DNA from: a virus
Taxonomy: Duplodnaviria; Caudoviricetes
Length of the DNA stretch: 53,090 nt
IMG/VR virus record: IMGVR_UViG_3300050121_000130
Location: 1 to 53,090 of that record
Strand: one strand, 5' to 3'
Made by a program: the position numbers and the translations under genes. Positions 18,901 to 27,299 of this stretch are shown here, in pieces. Each line of letters starts with the position of its first letter. Positions within the stretch are counted from its first letter, which is position 1. Under the pieces are notes generated by a model that did not search any database, was not told the DNA's origin, and saw only the letters and a list, made by a program, of their open reading frames with translations.

Positions 18901-18929
18901 AAAATAACTTGGAAGCGTGGGGCAGTTAG
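15903..18929 (+). CDS. Tape measure protein
   Basis: 1008 aa, Ala-rich, helical, central hydrophobic segment, follows the chaperones. Confidence 0.92.
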   Translation: MANSVQIAVGVTDNATAQFQKISAADQEMNKQMIAAHEASNKAMKTAFSDNIKAIDTSKYQEQYAKLTMGPTTAGFAKQSAEMDKQIALQRDKLKLLAEARDNADNPRSIGKYAMQLERQNVVLAEMEQRRKALSISPYAANLGLAQQDRNNMQAQRGIDNNKYKDGSYALYAAQSSSMKPILEQQAGVVNKAADAHRATVAAYGAESSAAKTSMATLLAEKKMYSDLEKEISNVNKLRREKITGPIGAGLSAASIGVAAVGGYALSAAISEKAVDRQVSASFGSRADDITKYSQQMREEFGLNETEVRKSASSFNMMLQSMGLTNKESYEMSTGFTKLSSEVAAFYGISSEDATEKLRAGLMGRTRGLVELGVAVSKETINNYAYTHSIADQGATLTESQTALASYAVISEKLAQTNGTLAATMDGPAGQLRMLKNTSEDLAKSLGNQLLPDFLKLVQSANSVASFGEKSKGALDGAGGAFAKFGVEAAGAIGLLRGLGMVLGFAVNPWVALAITVGLATQKLEEFLKKKREVDLVQHGDQGKNKADVYLNPDTGKYEKDQEYFAPWGTKLTRRQELSPEEVADMHGSLPPGKERAGFANLKGDNPSPDLPGLQKDLETKRQTDSEAKAEADRQAEAAKELAASRLQTERQLQNELFKMRHQGAYATFQDDLQIQMEEINLKEKEAVKIIGAPEAKQYYDQIRVETQRIADDKIRKSTEDLNRDIYKITHSSIEAQIADIEHKKAESIRAGIAEADAEKMAAAEKAKLQWDSSKEIQGDLFKSAPNRNDYQSKMYDLNNRSISLQEKYGKDDLDIFRTIEQEKTKIMEDETRSRMSKMRALTSGEFGEEVAAVKDAILKGKDPDAAYEKAHKTAERDRNAQVGAEWSVLGKQGIDPTRADFEQQLSSRGMDARFMRYGNVNSYHDESKFSPNSLKFNQDNTIVNASTNDLIGRRDQSLSSVYVQPLPAKEVPKMQVYITVTYDEAGNEKIIGTITDGIKNNLEAWGS

Positions 18930-18957
18930 CTTCACGCTAATTTATTGGAGGTGCTAT

Positions 18958-19596
18958 ATGTATCTGCATATTCGCCAAAACAATCCTACAGCAGGCGGTA
19001 CTGATGGCCAGCTAGTCAGCGAAACCATTACCACAACGCTAACAGCCAACAATACTATTGGCGACACCAGTATTGCTGTAGCCAACTCATTTGGTCTTAC
19101 TGCCGGAATGGTCATAAAATTATCCGACACCGAATCAACCACAATATCAGCAGTATCCGGCAATACATTAACCGTATCGGCTTTAACTGCAACACACGTA
19201 TCAGGTGATACAGTCATTAATGCCTCTGCCGGAACAAATCCGATTATGTTTAATTTGACTAGCACTTCCACAGGTACGGAATCATCTGCTATGAAATTAG
19301 CCATTTGTACCTTGCCATTAACAATTAATAGTGTGGTCACCAATTATGTAACAGGTGATGTTGCTGTTTTAACACCTATGGGTACGGCGGGTGTTGAATG
19401 GGCTTTGGCACTTGATAATAGCGGTGTGGCGGGTACGTGGGGGGCTTATGGGGCAGCGTTAACAATACCGCTAGGAGTTGGCGCAACCAATACAATTTTC
19501 TGGATTAAAGCGAAGGTCTTGGCAAACGAAGCTGCTCAAAATGACGTTACCGTTAAATTAAATATTGCCTGTGCAAATATTCAAGTTGCGGCTTAG
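18958..19596 (+). CDS. Tail tip/structural protein
   Basis: Follows TMP; NPTAGGTDGQLVS...TNTIFWIKAK. Confidence 0.65.
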   Translation: MYLHIRQNNPTAGGTDGQLVSETITTTLTANNTIGDTSIAVANSFGLTAGMVIKLSDTESTTISAVSGNTLTVSALTATHVSGDTVINASAGTNPIMFNLTSTSTGTESSAMKLAICTLPLTINSVVTNYVTGDVAVLTPMGTAGVEWALALDNSGVAGTWGAYGAALTIPLGVGATNTIFWIKAKVLANEAAQNDVTVKLNIACANIQVAA

Positions 19597-19607
19597 GCGG
19601 TGAGGAT

Positions 19608-21179
19608 ATGACAACGGATTCAGTAAACGTCGATACCAGTCGCGTAATTTCAGCCTCGGACATTGTAAACATTGACACTCTTCGAAAAATAACTGTTTCA
19701 GATAATATAAATATTGATACTTCCCGCAAAATCATGGCGTTATTTTCAGCTCTCACATTCTCGAACCATAAATCATTAACACTTACGTTAAATCCCGGTG
19801 TTCGTACTGATACTTTTACAGCAGAAACGTTCAATCGCTATACGATTAAAGATAATATTGATATTCAAATCAAGGATTTTCAACAAAATTTTGTTGTTTA
19901 TGGCGATGGGCACGTTGAAAAATCCGCTATCCCATTTGATAGCACAGTAAAAAAATCCATTCAAACCATTAATGGCTACTATGATATTGAGCAAATGGTT
20001 GATAAACCAATTTGGATGGATTACAGCGAGTTGCCGTACGGAGTAGTAAACGCGCCAACAACGCCAACAGCGACACAAGCGCAAGCTTCATTCATGTTTT
20101 CACTGGCCTGTTCGCGACTTGGAAAACAATATGTTATGCAATTTCAAGATTGGCTAGGGCCGAATATTACAGGTTTAACACCTACTTTCCGCGATGTGCT
20201 ATCACATTTTTTCGACTGGACTTCGCAGGTGCCGCACAAACAAATTAATGTTTTTCAGCGTGGAAATGTAATTTATGCGATTCAGCGTGGAACCGAAACG
20301 GCGGTTGTTGATTTACCCTATTTCAACGAAGCGATTCCAGTTAGTCATAAATATATGAATTTGATTAAAGCAGTTACGGATACCAATAACAATGTTTTGT
20401 ATGGAAATTATGTTTCGGCGGTACCTGATGATACGGTAATTTCAGGTACTTATTTTTTCGGCACCACGCAGGTAACTTATGATAACGGCGTTGTTACTTA
20501 TGAGCAACATCCATCAGGCACGGGTACGGAATCAACATCATGGTCATTTACTGGGACGCCTGGTCAATCCGGCTGTAAAATATCGCAAAAATATACCGTT
20601 CATGCTGACGGTAGCAAAACAGTTAATTTTTATAATTATGGTACCGATATCGCTGGCAAATCAATCCTGATAAGCGAAACCGAATATACCGGGAAAAGTC
20701 TGATTGTGAGTGGTGAATCAGTGTCGGGTATTGATACTACGCGAATTACAAATTATTATCCTATGGGCATGGGTTTATATGCGACAATCGTCGAGGAAAA
20801 TAACTCTGTAGTTTCCGGCACAATCGGTCAAGGAAACGCCGCACCGCAAGCCAGTCAATTTTCATTTCGACAATGGGATAAACCTTCAAACGCGCAATTA
20901 CAAGCTGCCGGAAGATTTAAAGGTAGCGGCTCATTCCCAGTTGATTTGCAGATGCTGGAAACAATTTTAACATGGTTAACTTGGCTAAATGGCAAAACAG
21001 AGGAACGAGTCGATTTGACTATTGTTGAACCGCTTGACAGGGATTTCATTTACCCGGATTTGATTGATTTCACAAATCGTTATACATGGCGAGGAAACGA
21101 ATATTATCTTGAAAATAATAAAGTGACGGTTAACTCTGAAAAATTAGTGCAGAAGATCGAACTTATAAGATGGTTTTAA
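19608..21179 (+). CDS. Tail tip/hub-like protein
   Basis: Synteny; three 14-aa N-terminal repeats (D..N.DT.R.I). Confidence 0.6.
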   Translation: MTTDSVNVDTSRVISASDIVNIDTLRKITVSDNINIDTSRKIMALFSALTFSNHKSLTLTLNPGVRTDTFTAETFNRYTIKDNIDIQIKDFQQNFVVYGDGHVEKSAIPFDSTVKKSIQTINGYYDIEQMVDKPIWMDYSELPYGVVNAPTTPTATQAQASFMFSLACSRLGKQYVMQFQDWLGPNITGLTPTFRDVLSHFFDWTSQVPHKQINVFQRGNVIYAIQRGTETAVVDLPYFNEAIPVSHKYMNLIKAVTDTNNNVLYGNYVSAVPDDTVISGTYFFGTTQVTYDNGVVTYEQHPSGTGTESTSWSFTGTPGQSGCKISQKYTVHADGSKTVNFYNYGTDIAGKSILISETEYTGKSLIVSGESVSGIDTTRITNYYPMGMGLYATIVEENNSVVSGTIGQGNAAPQASQFSFRQWDKPSNAQLQAAGRFKGSGSFPVDLQMLETILTWLTWLNGKTEERVDLTIVEPLDRDFIYPDLIDFTNRYTWRGNEYYLENNKVTVNSEKLVQKIELIRWF

Positions 21180-21185
21180 AACGAG

Positions 21186-21413
21186 GTGGTACTAATGAGT
21201 ATTGATTCACTATCTCAAACGATTCACAACTTGATTCAAAACAATCAAACTTCCCAAGCCGCACAGCCTGGCACAGTTTCAGGAACTGGTGTGATTGTTG
21301 GTGGAAACGTTTATCCGGCACTATACCGAGTTGATTTTCCCACCAACGACGGTGACACCGTATATGTTGTTTTAAGCGATGACAAAACTCAAGCTGTGGT
21401 GATTGGTAGATGA
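21186..21413 (+). CDS. Small tail tip protein (OB-fold spike-like)
   Basis: GTVSGTGVIVGG..Y......DGDTVYVVL....AVVIG. Confidence 0.55.
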   Translation: MVLMSIDSLSQTIHNLIQNNQTSQAAQPGTVSGTGVIVGGNVYPALYRVDFPTNDGDTVYVVLSDDKTQAVVIGR

Positions 21414-23134
21414 GAAACGAAGTCATTTTATCCGTTAATGGTCGCTGGATTGGAACGCAGTCAGGCCAGAAAATTGCAATCGGGAATCAGCCGCATGCCA
21501 TTGGCGATATCGTAAGTGTTGACGGCATGTATGTATTTGGACATCAGGCGGTTTATACTAGTGTGCCGTATGTGCCAAGCAGCGGCTATCATTTTGCCGA
21601 TTCCGGTTTAAACATGATTTACGTCAATGCTGCATTTAACGCCATAATCAAAACGACTACTATCACGCCACCAAATTCATCCGCAAATTTATTGTTACAT
21701 TGCTACAATAAAAACGCCGAATATCTAGTATGGATGATAGCATCTACTACAAGCAACGGTTTTTGCGACTGTATTATCCAAAAAGATGGCAACACGATTG
21801 CTGATTTTACAAGTGCTTTTACATCAGTGCCGAGTTTAACTGATGCTTACATCGATGCAAACAACAATTTAATTTGGGTAGCAATGGAAAGCACTTATCT
21901 TAATGGAGTACAAACATTAATAATGGTAAAATACACAAACGGCACATTGACTGCTTCTGAATCTTATACTTTCGCGGCGATGTTGGCAGCCATGCAGGAC
22001 AGATTGATTTCAATTTTATCGGAAGCAGCAGCGGCAGTAGTGGTAATTTTTGCTAATGAAAATACAACTGTTACAACACAATTGTATGCCTGTCTTCCAG
22101 ATACAATTTACGGTATGTTACATGAAAGTGAGTATATAGGGGTAACTTCAAGTTCTGCAGGTTTATATTCTAATGAATCAAATTATATCTCAGGGATTTG
22201 GGCATTAGATGCAATTTTAGGTGGTACAGCAGGCGGCTCTCTTATGCTACAAGCACAAATATCTAATACTTATCTTGATACTACTACGGGGGAAATAAAA
22301 AATATTGGATCTTCTCCTATTGCTTCACTTTTCCCAGGAGCTTCTTTAGAATGGTTTTACAAAGCGAGCGGAACTCTAGTAGCTGAAAAATTAACCCCTA
22401 ATTCAAATCCATTAAGTGCAACCGTTCTACAAGCGGTAACAAGCGTACAGGCACCTATTGAAAAAACAAGTGACGGAATAGTATCCGGTTCTGTAACAGC
22501 AGTTAATTCTGCTTCTAGTTTATCAATATCAACCTCTCTGCCTGCCAATACAGAATGGTTATTTAGCAATCCAACTGATATGACTGGGTTTGTAGTAACC
22601 TTTACTGCTTGTAATAGAGCAAGCATTGCAAATTTGGGACAATCTCGGACTCTTAGTGGTGGTTATGATCAATACCTGAACGGTACACCCTTTACAGTTA
22701 CTTTTAGTAGCGCATGGGATGCTGTTCCTGTGGTTGGAGACACCTTTACAATTGCTGTAGCTTTTGCTACGGCAACGACTACGATTATAGAAAAAGATAT
22801 TACAATGACTGTTGGTTTAGAAACTTTCCAGTCGGGTACCTCTGGAGAATTTGATAATGATATCGGAAGCGGATACACAATTGTCCACTCGACTCCTACG
22901 TTAACTGATGACGGATCTTTCGGTCCAGTTATTCCATCATTGAAATATGGCGGCGCAACAATATTTACAGGTTCGCAGGGAGATTATTTAACTAATGGAG
23001 CATGGATGACTGATAGTGGTAAATTGGTTGGTTTATATGAGGACAAAGTAATAAAATCAACAAATGGCATAGCAACATCAAATACTAATAATTTATTTAG
23101 TGCCACCGTCACAAAACGATTCGTACAAAAATAA
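21410..23134 (+). CDS. Putative tail fibre / receptor-binding protein
   Basis: Last tail gene, Ser/Thr-rich beta protein with a compositionally distinct middle. Confidence 0.6.
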   Translation: MRNEVILSVNGRWIGTQSGQKIAIGNQPHAIGDIVSVDGMYVFGHQAVYTSVPYVPSSGYHFADSGLNMIYVNAAFNAIIKTTTITPPNSSANLLLHCYNKNAEYLVWMIASTTSNGFCDCIIQKDGNTIADFTSAFTSVPSLTDAYIDANNNLIWVAMESTYLNGVQTLIMVKYTNGTLTASESYTFAAMLAAMQDRLISILSEAAAAVVVIFANENTTVTTQLYACLPDTIYGMLHESEYIGVTSSSAGLYSNESNYISGIWALDAILGGTAGGSLMLQAQISNTYLDTTTGEIKNIGSSPIASLFPGASLEWFYKASGTLVAEKLTPNSNPLSATVLQAVTSVQAPIEKTSDGIVSGSVTAVNSASSLSISTSLPANTEWLFSNPTDMTGFVVTFTACNRASIANLGQSRTLSGGYDQYLNGTPFTVTFSSAWDAVPVVGDTFTIAVAFATATTTIIEKDITMTVGLETFQSGTSGEFDNDIGSGYTIVHSTPTLTDDGSFGPVIPSLKYGGATIFTGSQGDYLTNGAWMTDSGKLVGLYEDKVIKSTNGIATSNTNNLFSATVTKRFVQK

Positions 23135-23298
23135 ACAGGGAGATGATATTATGATTGTCAATCTTAAAGTCACGGGCAAAAACCAAGTCGAAAATCCCAA
23201 CAACAGCGAATGCTCACGCTGTTAACGATATTATTGCGATAACGATTTAACCGCCACTTAGACGGTATTTTTATTTGGGTAGAAACGGGGGCGGTGGA

Positions 23299-23607
23299 TT
23301 GAGTGAACCGGCAACTTTAGAGGTAGTCGTGGCATTGATAACGCAAGTTCGTGAACATCAGGCAGAAAATTTTAAAGACTTAAAATCTCAAATTTCCGAG
23401 CAAAAAGAAACAATTGATAATCAAAACGAAAAACTGGAAAAAGCTATAAAAGATAAATGCAAAAATTGTTCCATTACTTCGATTCTTACAACGAAGGTTT
23501 TTTATCAGTGGATTGCGATAACGGCGTTAGGGACGTGGTTAAGCGTGGTTTCGTACTATTATTATTTATTGGCGGTAGAATTTTATCGTTACGTTGGTAA
23601 ATCATGA
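23299..23607 (+). CDS. Membrane protein, holin/antiholin-like
   Basis: Coiled coil plus C-terminal TM; first gene of the lysis region. Confidence 0.55.
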   Translation: MSEPATLEVVVALITQVREHQAENFKDLKSQISEQKETIDNQNEKLEKAIKDKCKNCSITSILTTKVFYQWIAITALGTWLSVVSYYYYLLAVEFYRYVGKS

Positions 23608-24071
23608 ATATGAGAGGATTTGTTAAAACTCATTTTATGTTGGCAGTTGTGATGGTCGTTATTATTCCGATGGGATTGATATATTTGAATTATTACTCCC
23701 AAGCGCGGGTTATAACGGGCGAAAGTCAAGAAGGCAAGGAAATGTCTGACCACGTTTTTATAACGGCTCATAACGCCGAAATTGATCGGCTAGAAGATAG
23801 GTTGGAAGCTGCAAACACGAGCAAAGAATATCTAAGAAACCGTACCCTTGCATTTGCTGTTAGTCCAACAATAGTGCCTGTAAAAACGGTTGAAAAAGTT
23901 GTTGAAAAAGAATCGAATTATGCCGAAAAGGATTATCAACCTCAAACACACTCCGCTTACATTCCCGAACCGATAAAAAAACCGCCCAAAGCGAATATCC
24001 TGCATCAGATCATGGCTCATGGTGGCAGTTATACTGATGCTTATCAGCGAGCGCAAAAAGGAGGGAAGTAA
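23604..24071 (+). CDS. Membrane-anchored coiled-coil protein (i-spanin-like)
   Basis: N-terminal TM, EIDRLEDRLEAAN coiled coil. Confidence 0.5.
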   Translation: MNMRGFVKTHFMLAVVMVVIIPMGLIYLNYYSQARVITGESQEGKEMSDHVFITAHNAEIDRLEDRLEAANTSKEYLRNRTLAFAVSPTIVPVKTVEKVVEKESNYAEKDYQPQTHSAYIPEPIKKPPKANILHQIMAHGGSYTDAYQRAQKGGK

Positions 24072-24337
24072 TGTTTAAAAACAACCTTAAACTGCTGTTT
24101 CAAAATTCTCCTTTGATATTGTCAGATACCGACGATCCCAAAGATATAAGTCTAACAAGGGTAATCATATTTATTTTTGCAATAGCCACCATTATTGGTG
24201 GCCTTGTTATTTTAATTTGGTTTAGATCAGAAGCATTGCAGTTTGTTGGTTATTGGCAGGCTTGGTTAGCGAGTTTTACGACAATGGTCAGCGGTAATAT
24301 CGCAAAGAAAATATTTAATAGGGGAGGAAATACATAA
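24071..24337 (+). CDS. Putative holin
   Basis: Two hydrophobic segments, basic C-terminus, directly before the lysin. Confidence 0.65.
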   Translation: MFKNNLKLLFQNSPLILSDTDDPKDISLTRVIIFIFAIATIIGGLVILIWFRSEALQFVGYWQAWLASFTTMVSGNIAKKIFNRGGNT

Positions 24338-24943
24338 ATGACAGATGAACAGTTAGCTTGCGAAATTGCAAAGGGTATCGGATCAACGGGCGTGGAAGGC
24401 GGCTACAATAGCGTGTCATGTTCTACTGCTGGAGATTATCCATCAATGGGAATATCACAGTGGGAAGGACTTGGAGGACGAGGGGATACCTTGCTGGGGT
24501 ATATTGACGGAGGAAACAAATTTGCTGGAAGAAGTTATTCAGATATTCGGGATAACGGCGGACTTTCTGATTTACAAGGTTTATTAGATTCTACACAAGG
24601 TCAAGCAGCACAGAATGATATTTTGACTAATGATTGCCTAGAAATGTACTTACCAGCATTAAAACGTATCCCGGGATTTGATGATAGCAGATGCATGATT
24701 TATGCAGGTATATGGTGTCCAACAAGTCAGGACGTAGTACAACGGTTTTTGACTAATAGGTATGGCCAGTATGATTTGACTAATTTAGAGGCCGTACGGG
24801 ATATTTTTTGCGACCAATATTATATTGCTGCAAGTGTAGGTCCCAAATATGCTGAAGGGTACGCTAACAGGGCTAATAATACTTTTGATTATGTGTCAAA
24901 TCTGGATTTGTCGGCGTATGGTGTTCCACAATATGGAGTATAG
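24338..24943 (+). CDS. Putative endolysin (lysozyme-like, no cell-wall binding domain)
   Basis: EGGYNSVS...GDYPSMGISQW motif, GYANR near the C-terminus, follows holin. Confidence 0.7.
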   Translation: MTDEQLACEIAKGIGSTGVEGGYNSVSCSTAGDYPSMGISQWEGLGGRGDTLLGYIDGGNKFAGRSYSDIRDNGGLSDLQGLLDSTQGQAAQNDILTNDCLEMYLPALKRIPGFDDSRCMIYAGIWCPTSQDVVQRFLTNRYGQYDLTNLEAVRDIFCDQYYIAASVGPKYAEGYANRANNTFDYVSNLDLSAYGVPQYGV

Positions 24944-24955
24944 GAGGGCGAGTCA

Positions 24956-25105
24956 ATGTGTCCTTACAAATGCCCAAACTGTTATGTTGGTGATAACTAC
25001 TCCGGATGCGCCAGATACAAGTCGGCCACAATTCATGGGATTGAAAATGTGACAGATGATAGGAAGGTTTTAGATCATGGCAGGTTGCTGGAATTATCAA
25101 AGTAA
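24956..25105 (+). CDS. Small Cys-rich protein (49 aa)
   Basis: AGGAGG RBS; MCPYKCPNCY...; not in ORF track. Confidence 0.5.
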   Translation: MCPYKCPNCYVGDNYSGCARYKSATIHGIENVTDDRKVLDHGRLLELSK

Positions 25106-25291
25106 ATTTAAATAAGTATCAAAAAGGCGGTTGTCATTAAAATTAGTCGCCTAAAATTTTAATTGGAGGTGACAATATGAGTGAACAAAAAAAGGCTGCT
25201 CACACAATTGGCGTTGTAGAGCAGTCAAAAGAAAAGATTATTACTAAGTTTGGTAATACAACTGTAGTTATGACTAAAGACTCAATTATGG

Positions 25292-25531
25292 CTACAGTTC
25301 AATAGAAACAGTCCCGTCTGCATTAGTTATAAACTTTTTGTTTGATTTGACGATAATCTTGTCGGCGTATTGGGTCATCTCCAAAACTAAACCATTTGGG
25401 TATGTTGAGACGTTTTTTATGCAGTCGGGCGTCTGAGTTATCTCTTTTTTTATATCCGTAAACTCAATACCAAATGGGGTAAGAATAGTAGGGAAAGCAC
25501 CAGTAGCATATGTATATATGTATTCATCCAT
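25292..25531 (-). CDS. Antisense moron protein
   Basis: GGAGGTGA RBS, own sigmaH-like promoter, downstream minus-strand terminator near 25187-25226. Confidence 0.75.
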   Translation of the reverse strand: MDEYIYTYATGAFPTILTPFGIEFTDIKKEITQTPDCIKNVSTYPNGLVLEMTQYADKIIVKSNKKFITNADGTVSIEL

Positions 25532-25559
25532 AAATATCACCTCCCTTCAAGGGAGATAC

Positions 25560-25583
25560 TTCGACAAAAACCAATATTTTCCT
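25560..25583 (-). promoter_or_regulatory. SigmaH-like promoter
   Basis: Minus strand AGGAAAATATTGGTTTTTGTCGAA. Confidence 0.6.
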
Positions 25584-25650
25584 ATCTGGTTTCAAAGAGA
25601 TTCGGCTAACCCGGATCTCTATTTTTAATAAAAATTTGGAGGAATGTAAG

Positions 25651-26031
25651 ATGGCAGACGAAACAACTACGACAGACCCGGCAGCAGTAATCCCGGCAAT
25701 AACTGACACTCCGGCAACAGATACCCCAGCAGTGGTACAAACTGACACGCAGAAAGCTATCACAGCCGTGGAGACAGCTTTACAGTCGCTAAAAACGGCA
25801 AGCGGCGATTTGATCACGGCTGAAATTGCGGGGCTTGAGGCAACGCTCACAAGTCTGAAAACACAGGCCGAAGCCGAAGCAGCAGCAGTGGAAACTGCAG
25901 TTAAAGGCGAGCTCACAAAAGTTGAAACAGCAGAAAAAACATTCGCGGCAACTTATGGCACAGTGATTCTGCACACGTTTTACATTATCACATTGCTTTA
26001 TATTGCTGGCAGACTTGCCAATCTATTCTAA
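25651..26031 (+). CDS. Ala/Thr-rich helical protein with C-terminal TM
   Basis: GGAGG RBS; C-terminal hydrophobic segment. Confidence 0.7.
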   Translation: MADETTTTDPAAVIPAITDTPATDTPAVVQTDTQKAITAVETALQSLKTASGDLITAEIAGLEATLTSLKTQAEAEAAAVETAVKGELTKVETAEKTFAATYGTVILHTFYIITLLYIAGRLANLF

Positions 26032-26174
26032 TGGACGCATTTTTATTGGATGATTTATCTAAAATTCGGGACGTGATTAACAGGTTGGAAAACTATGATC
26101 CGACATTATTTGCGGATACGATTGAATTTTTGATGAGTGAAGCGAGAAAATTAGAAAATAGATTGGAGGACTGA
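26031..26174 (+). CDS. Small hypothetical protein (47 aa)
   Basis: TAATG coupling; MDAFLLDDLSKIRD... Confidence 0.5.
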   Translation: MDAFLLDDLSKIRDVINRLENYDPTLFADTIEFLMSEARKLENRLED

Positions 26175-26180
26175 TTCAGA

Positions 26181-26792
26181 TTGACTGACATAAAAAATTA
26201 TATTATTGCTCATAAAACTGCGATTATTATTATAGTCGCAGTTATTTTGTTGGCTGGCGCCTACTTTTTAGGCCGTAATCATGCAACTACAGCGGTAAAA
26301 GAAGCCGAGCCCGTTGTAGTGTCGCAGGATAACTCAACAAACGTTAATGCCCTGCAAAACCTTCTGAATATCGCTGAACAAAATGCCAAAGACCTTCAGG
26401 CTAAAATTGCCGCTATTCAAGCCGGTCACGCCACCCCAGTAGCAAATTATTATGTGACAGCTCCAACAGTAGAAAAAGCCGCCGATACTGTTCAGCAGCA
26501 GATCAAAAATAATGATCCCACATTGCCGCCTGCTGCGCTCGAAAAAACGGATAGGACTGTTGTCACGGCGATTACAAAAGATTCAACAGGTGCCACGTTG
26601 CCAGCCGATCAGCAGAAAGTAGAAGTGTATAAGATTGATCTGGACCATCACATTGAAGTCGGTGGTGGTGCTGGAATTATGAATGGTAAAGCCGTTGCCG
26701 TAGCGGCGGTGCAGTACAATACGAAAAATATTGCTTATGAGGTAGTCGGGAACAAAGATAGTGGTATTGGAATAGTGAAATATAGGTTTTAA
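26181..26792 (+). CDS. Envelope-spanning protein: N-terminal TM, coiled coil, C-terminal beta-strand anchor (candidate spanin)
   Basis: TM at about aa 14-31; LQNLLNIAEQNAKDLQAKIAAIQ; ends EVGGGAGIMNGKAVAVAAVQY...GIVKYRF. Confidence 0.65.
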   Translation: MTDIKNYIIAHKTAIIIIVAVILLAGAYFLGRNHATTAVKEAEPVVVSQDNSTNVNALQNLLNIAEQNAKDLQAKIAAIQAGHATPVANYYVTAPTVEKAADTVQQQIKNNDPTLPPAALEKTDRTVVTAITKDSTGATLPADQQKVEVYKIDLDHHIEVGGGAGIMNGKAVAVAAVQYNTKNIAYEVVGNKDSGIGIVKYRF

Positions 26793-26809
26793 TGTGGTAT
26801 AATAAAGCT

Positions 26810-26887
26810 ATACAACCACTTTAAGTGGTCCAAAACGACACACGCAAAAAAAGCACTCAGCCTGTAAATGGTTGAGTGCTTTTTTTA
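26810..26887 (+). ncRNA. Putative small RNA with its own promoter and terminator
   Basis: Extended -10 TGgTATAAT (26795-26803); hairpin ACCACT-TTA-AGTGGT then CCAAAAC; terminator 26846-26887. Confidence 0.55.
26846..26887. terminator. Bidirectional intrinsic terminator
   Basis: A7-GCACTCAGCC/GGTTGAGTGC-T7. Confidence 0.85.
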
Positions 26888-26934
26888 TGCCTAAAAATAA
26901 ATTTAAAATATCGCAATTATTTATATAAAATGTG

Positions 26935-26963
26935 TTGCTTTAAGTGTGTAGTTATAGTACAAT
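26935..26963 (+). promoter_or_regulatory. Sigma-A promoter of the accessory operon
   Basis: TTGCTT-17 bp-TACAAT with AT-rich upstream region. Confidence 0.7.
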
Positions 26964-27035
26964 ATAGACAAGAGGTAAGGGAAACCTCAAATAAACTGAG
27001 TCAGTCAGCATTGAGCGTGACTGCAAGGAGATAAA

Positions 27036-27287
27036 ATGAAAAAGTTTTATGCAGGAAAAAGCTATATGGGAACCAATTATACTTATGAGTCAGAATGCTG
27101 GTCAGCATACGCTTTCGGCAGCAAGGCCGAACGTGATGAATGGGTAGAAAAGAATGAATGGGATCAGAACACTAGCCAGTACGTCGCTGAAGCAGTTACC
27201 AGAACAGTAGCTTACAAAATTGCAGGTATCGACAGTAAATATAAAACACCAGTAGTGGAAGAAAATCGGTTGTCTTACAAATATTAA
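27036..27287 (+). CDS. Small hypothetical protein (accessory operon gene 1)
   Basis: AAGGAG RBS; AFGSKAERDEWV. Confidence 0.8.
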   Translation: MKKFYAGKSYMGTNYTYESECWSAYAFGSKAERDEWVEKNEWDQNTSQYVAEAVTRTVAYKIAGIDSKYKTPVVEENRLSYKY

Positions 27288-27299
27288 CATGGGGAATAA

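Noticed and set aside
21410-23134. Diversity-generating retroelement target
   Set aside because: No reverse transcriptase and no TR/VR pair with adenine-specific mismatches seen
26800-26890. CRISPR array
   Set aside because: Only one repeat-like unit; no repeat-spacer periodicity seen anywhere in the window
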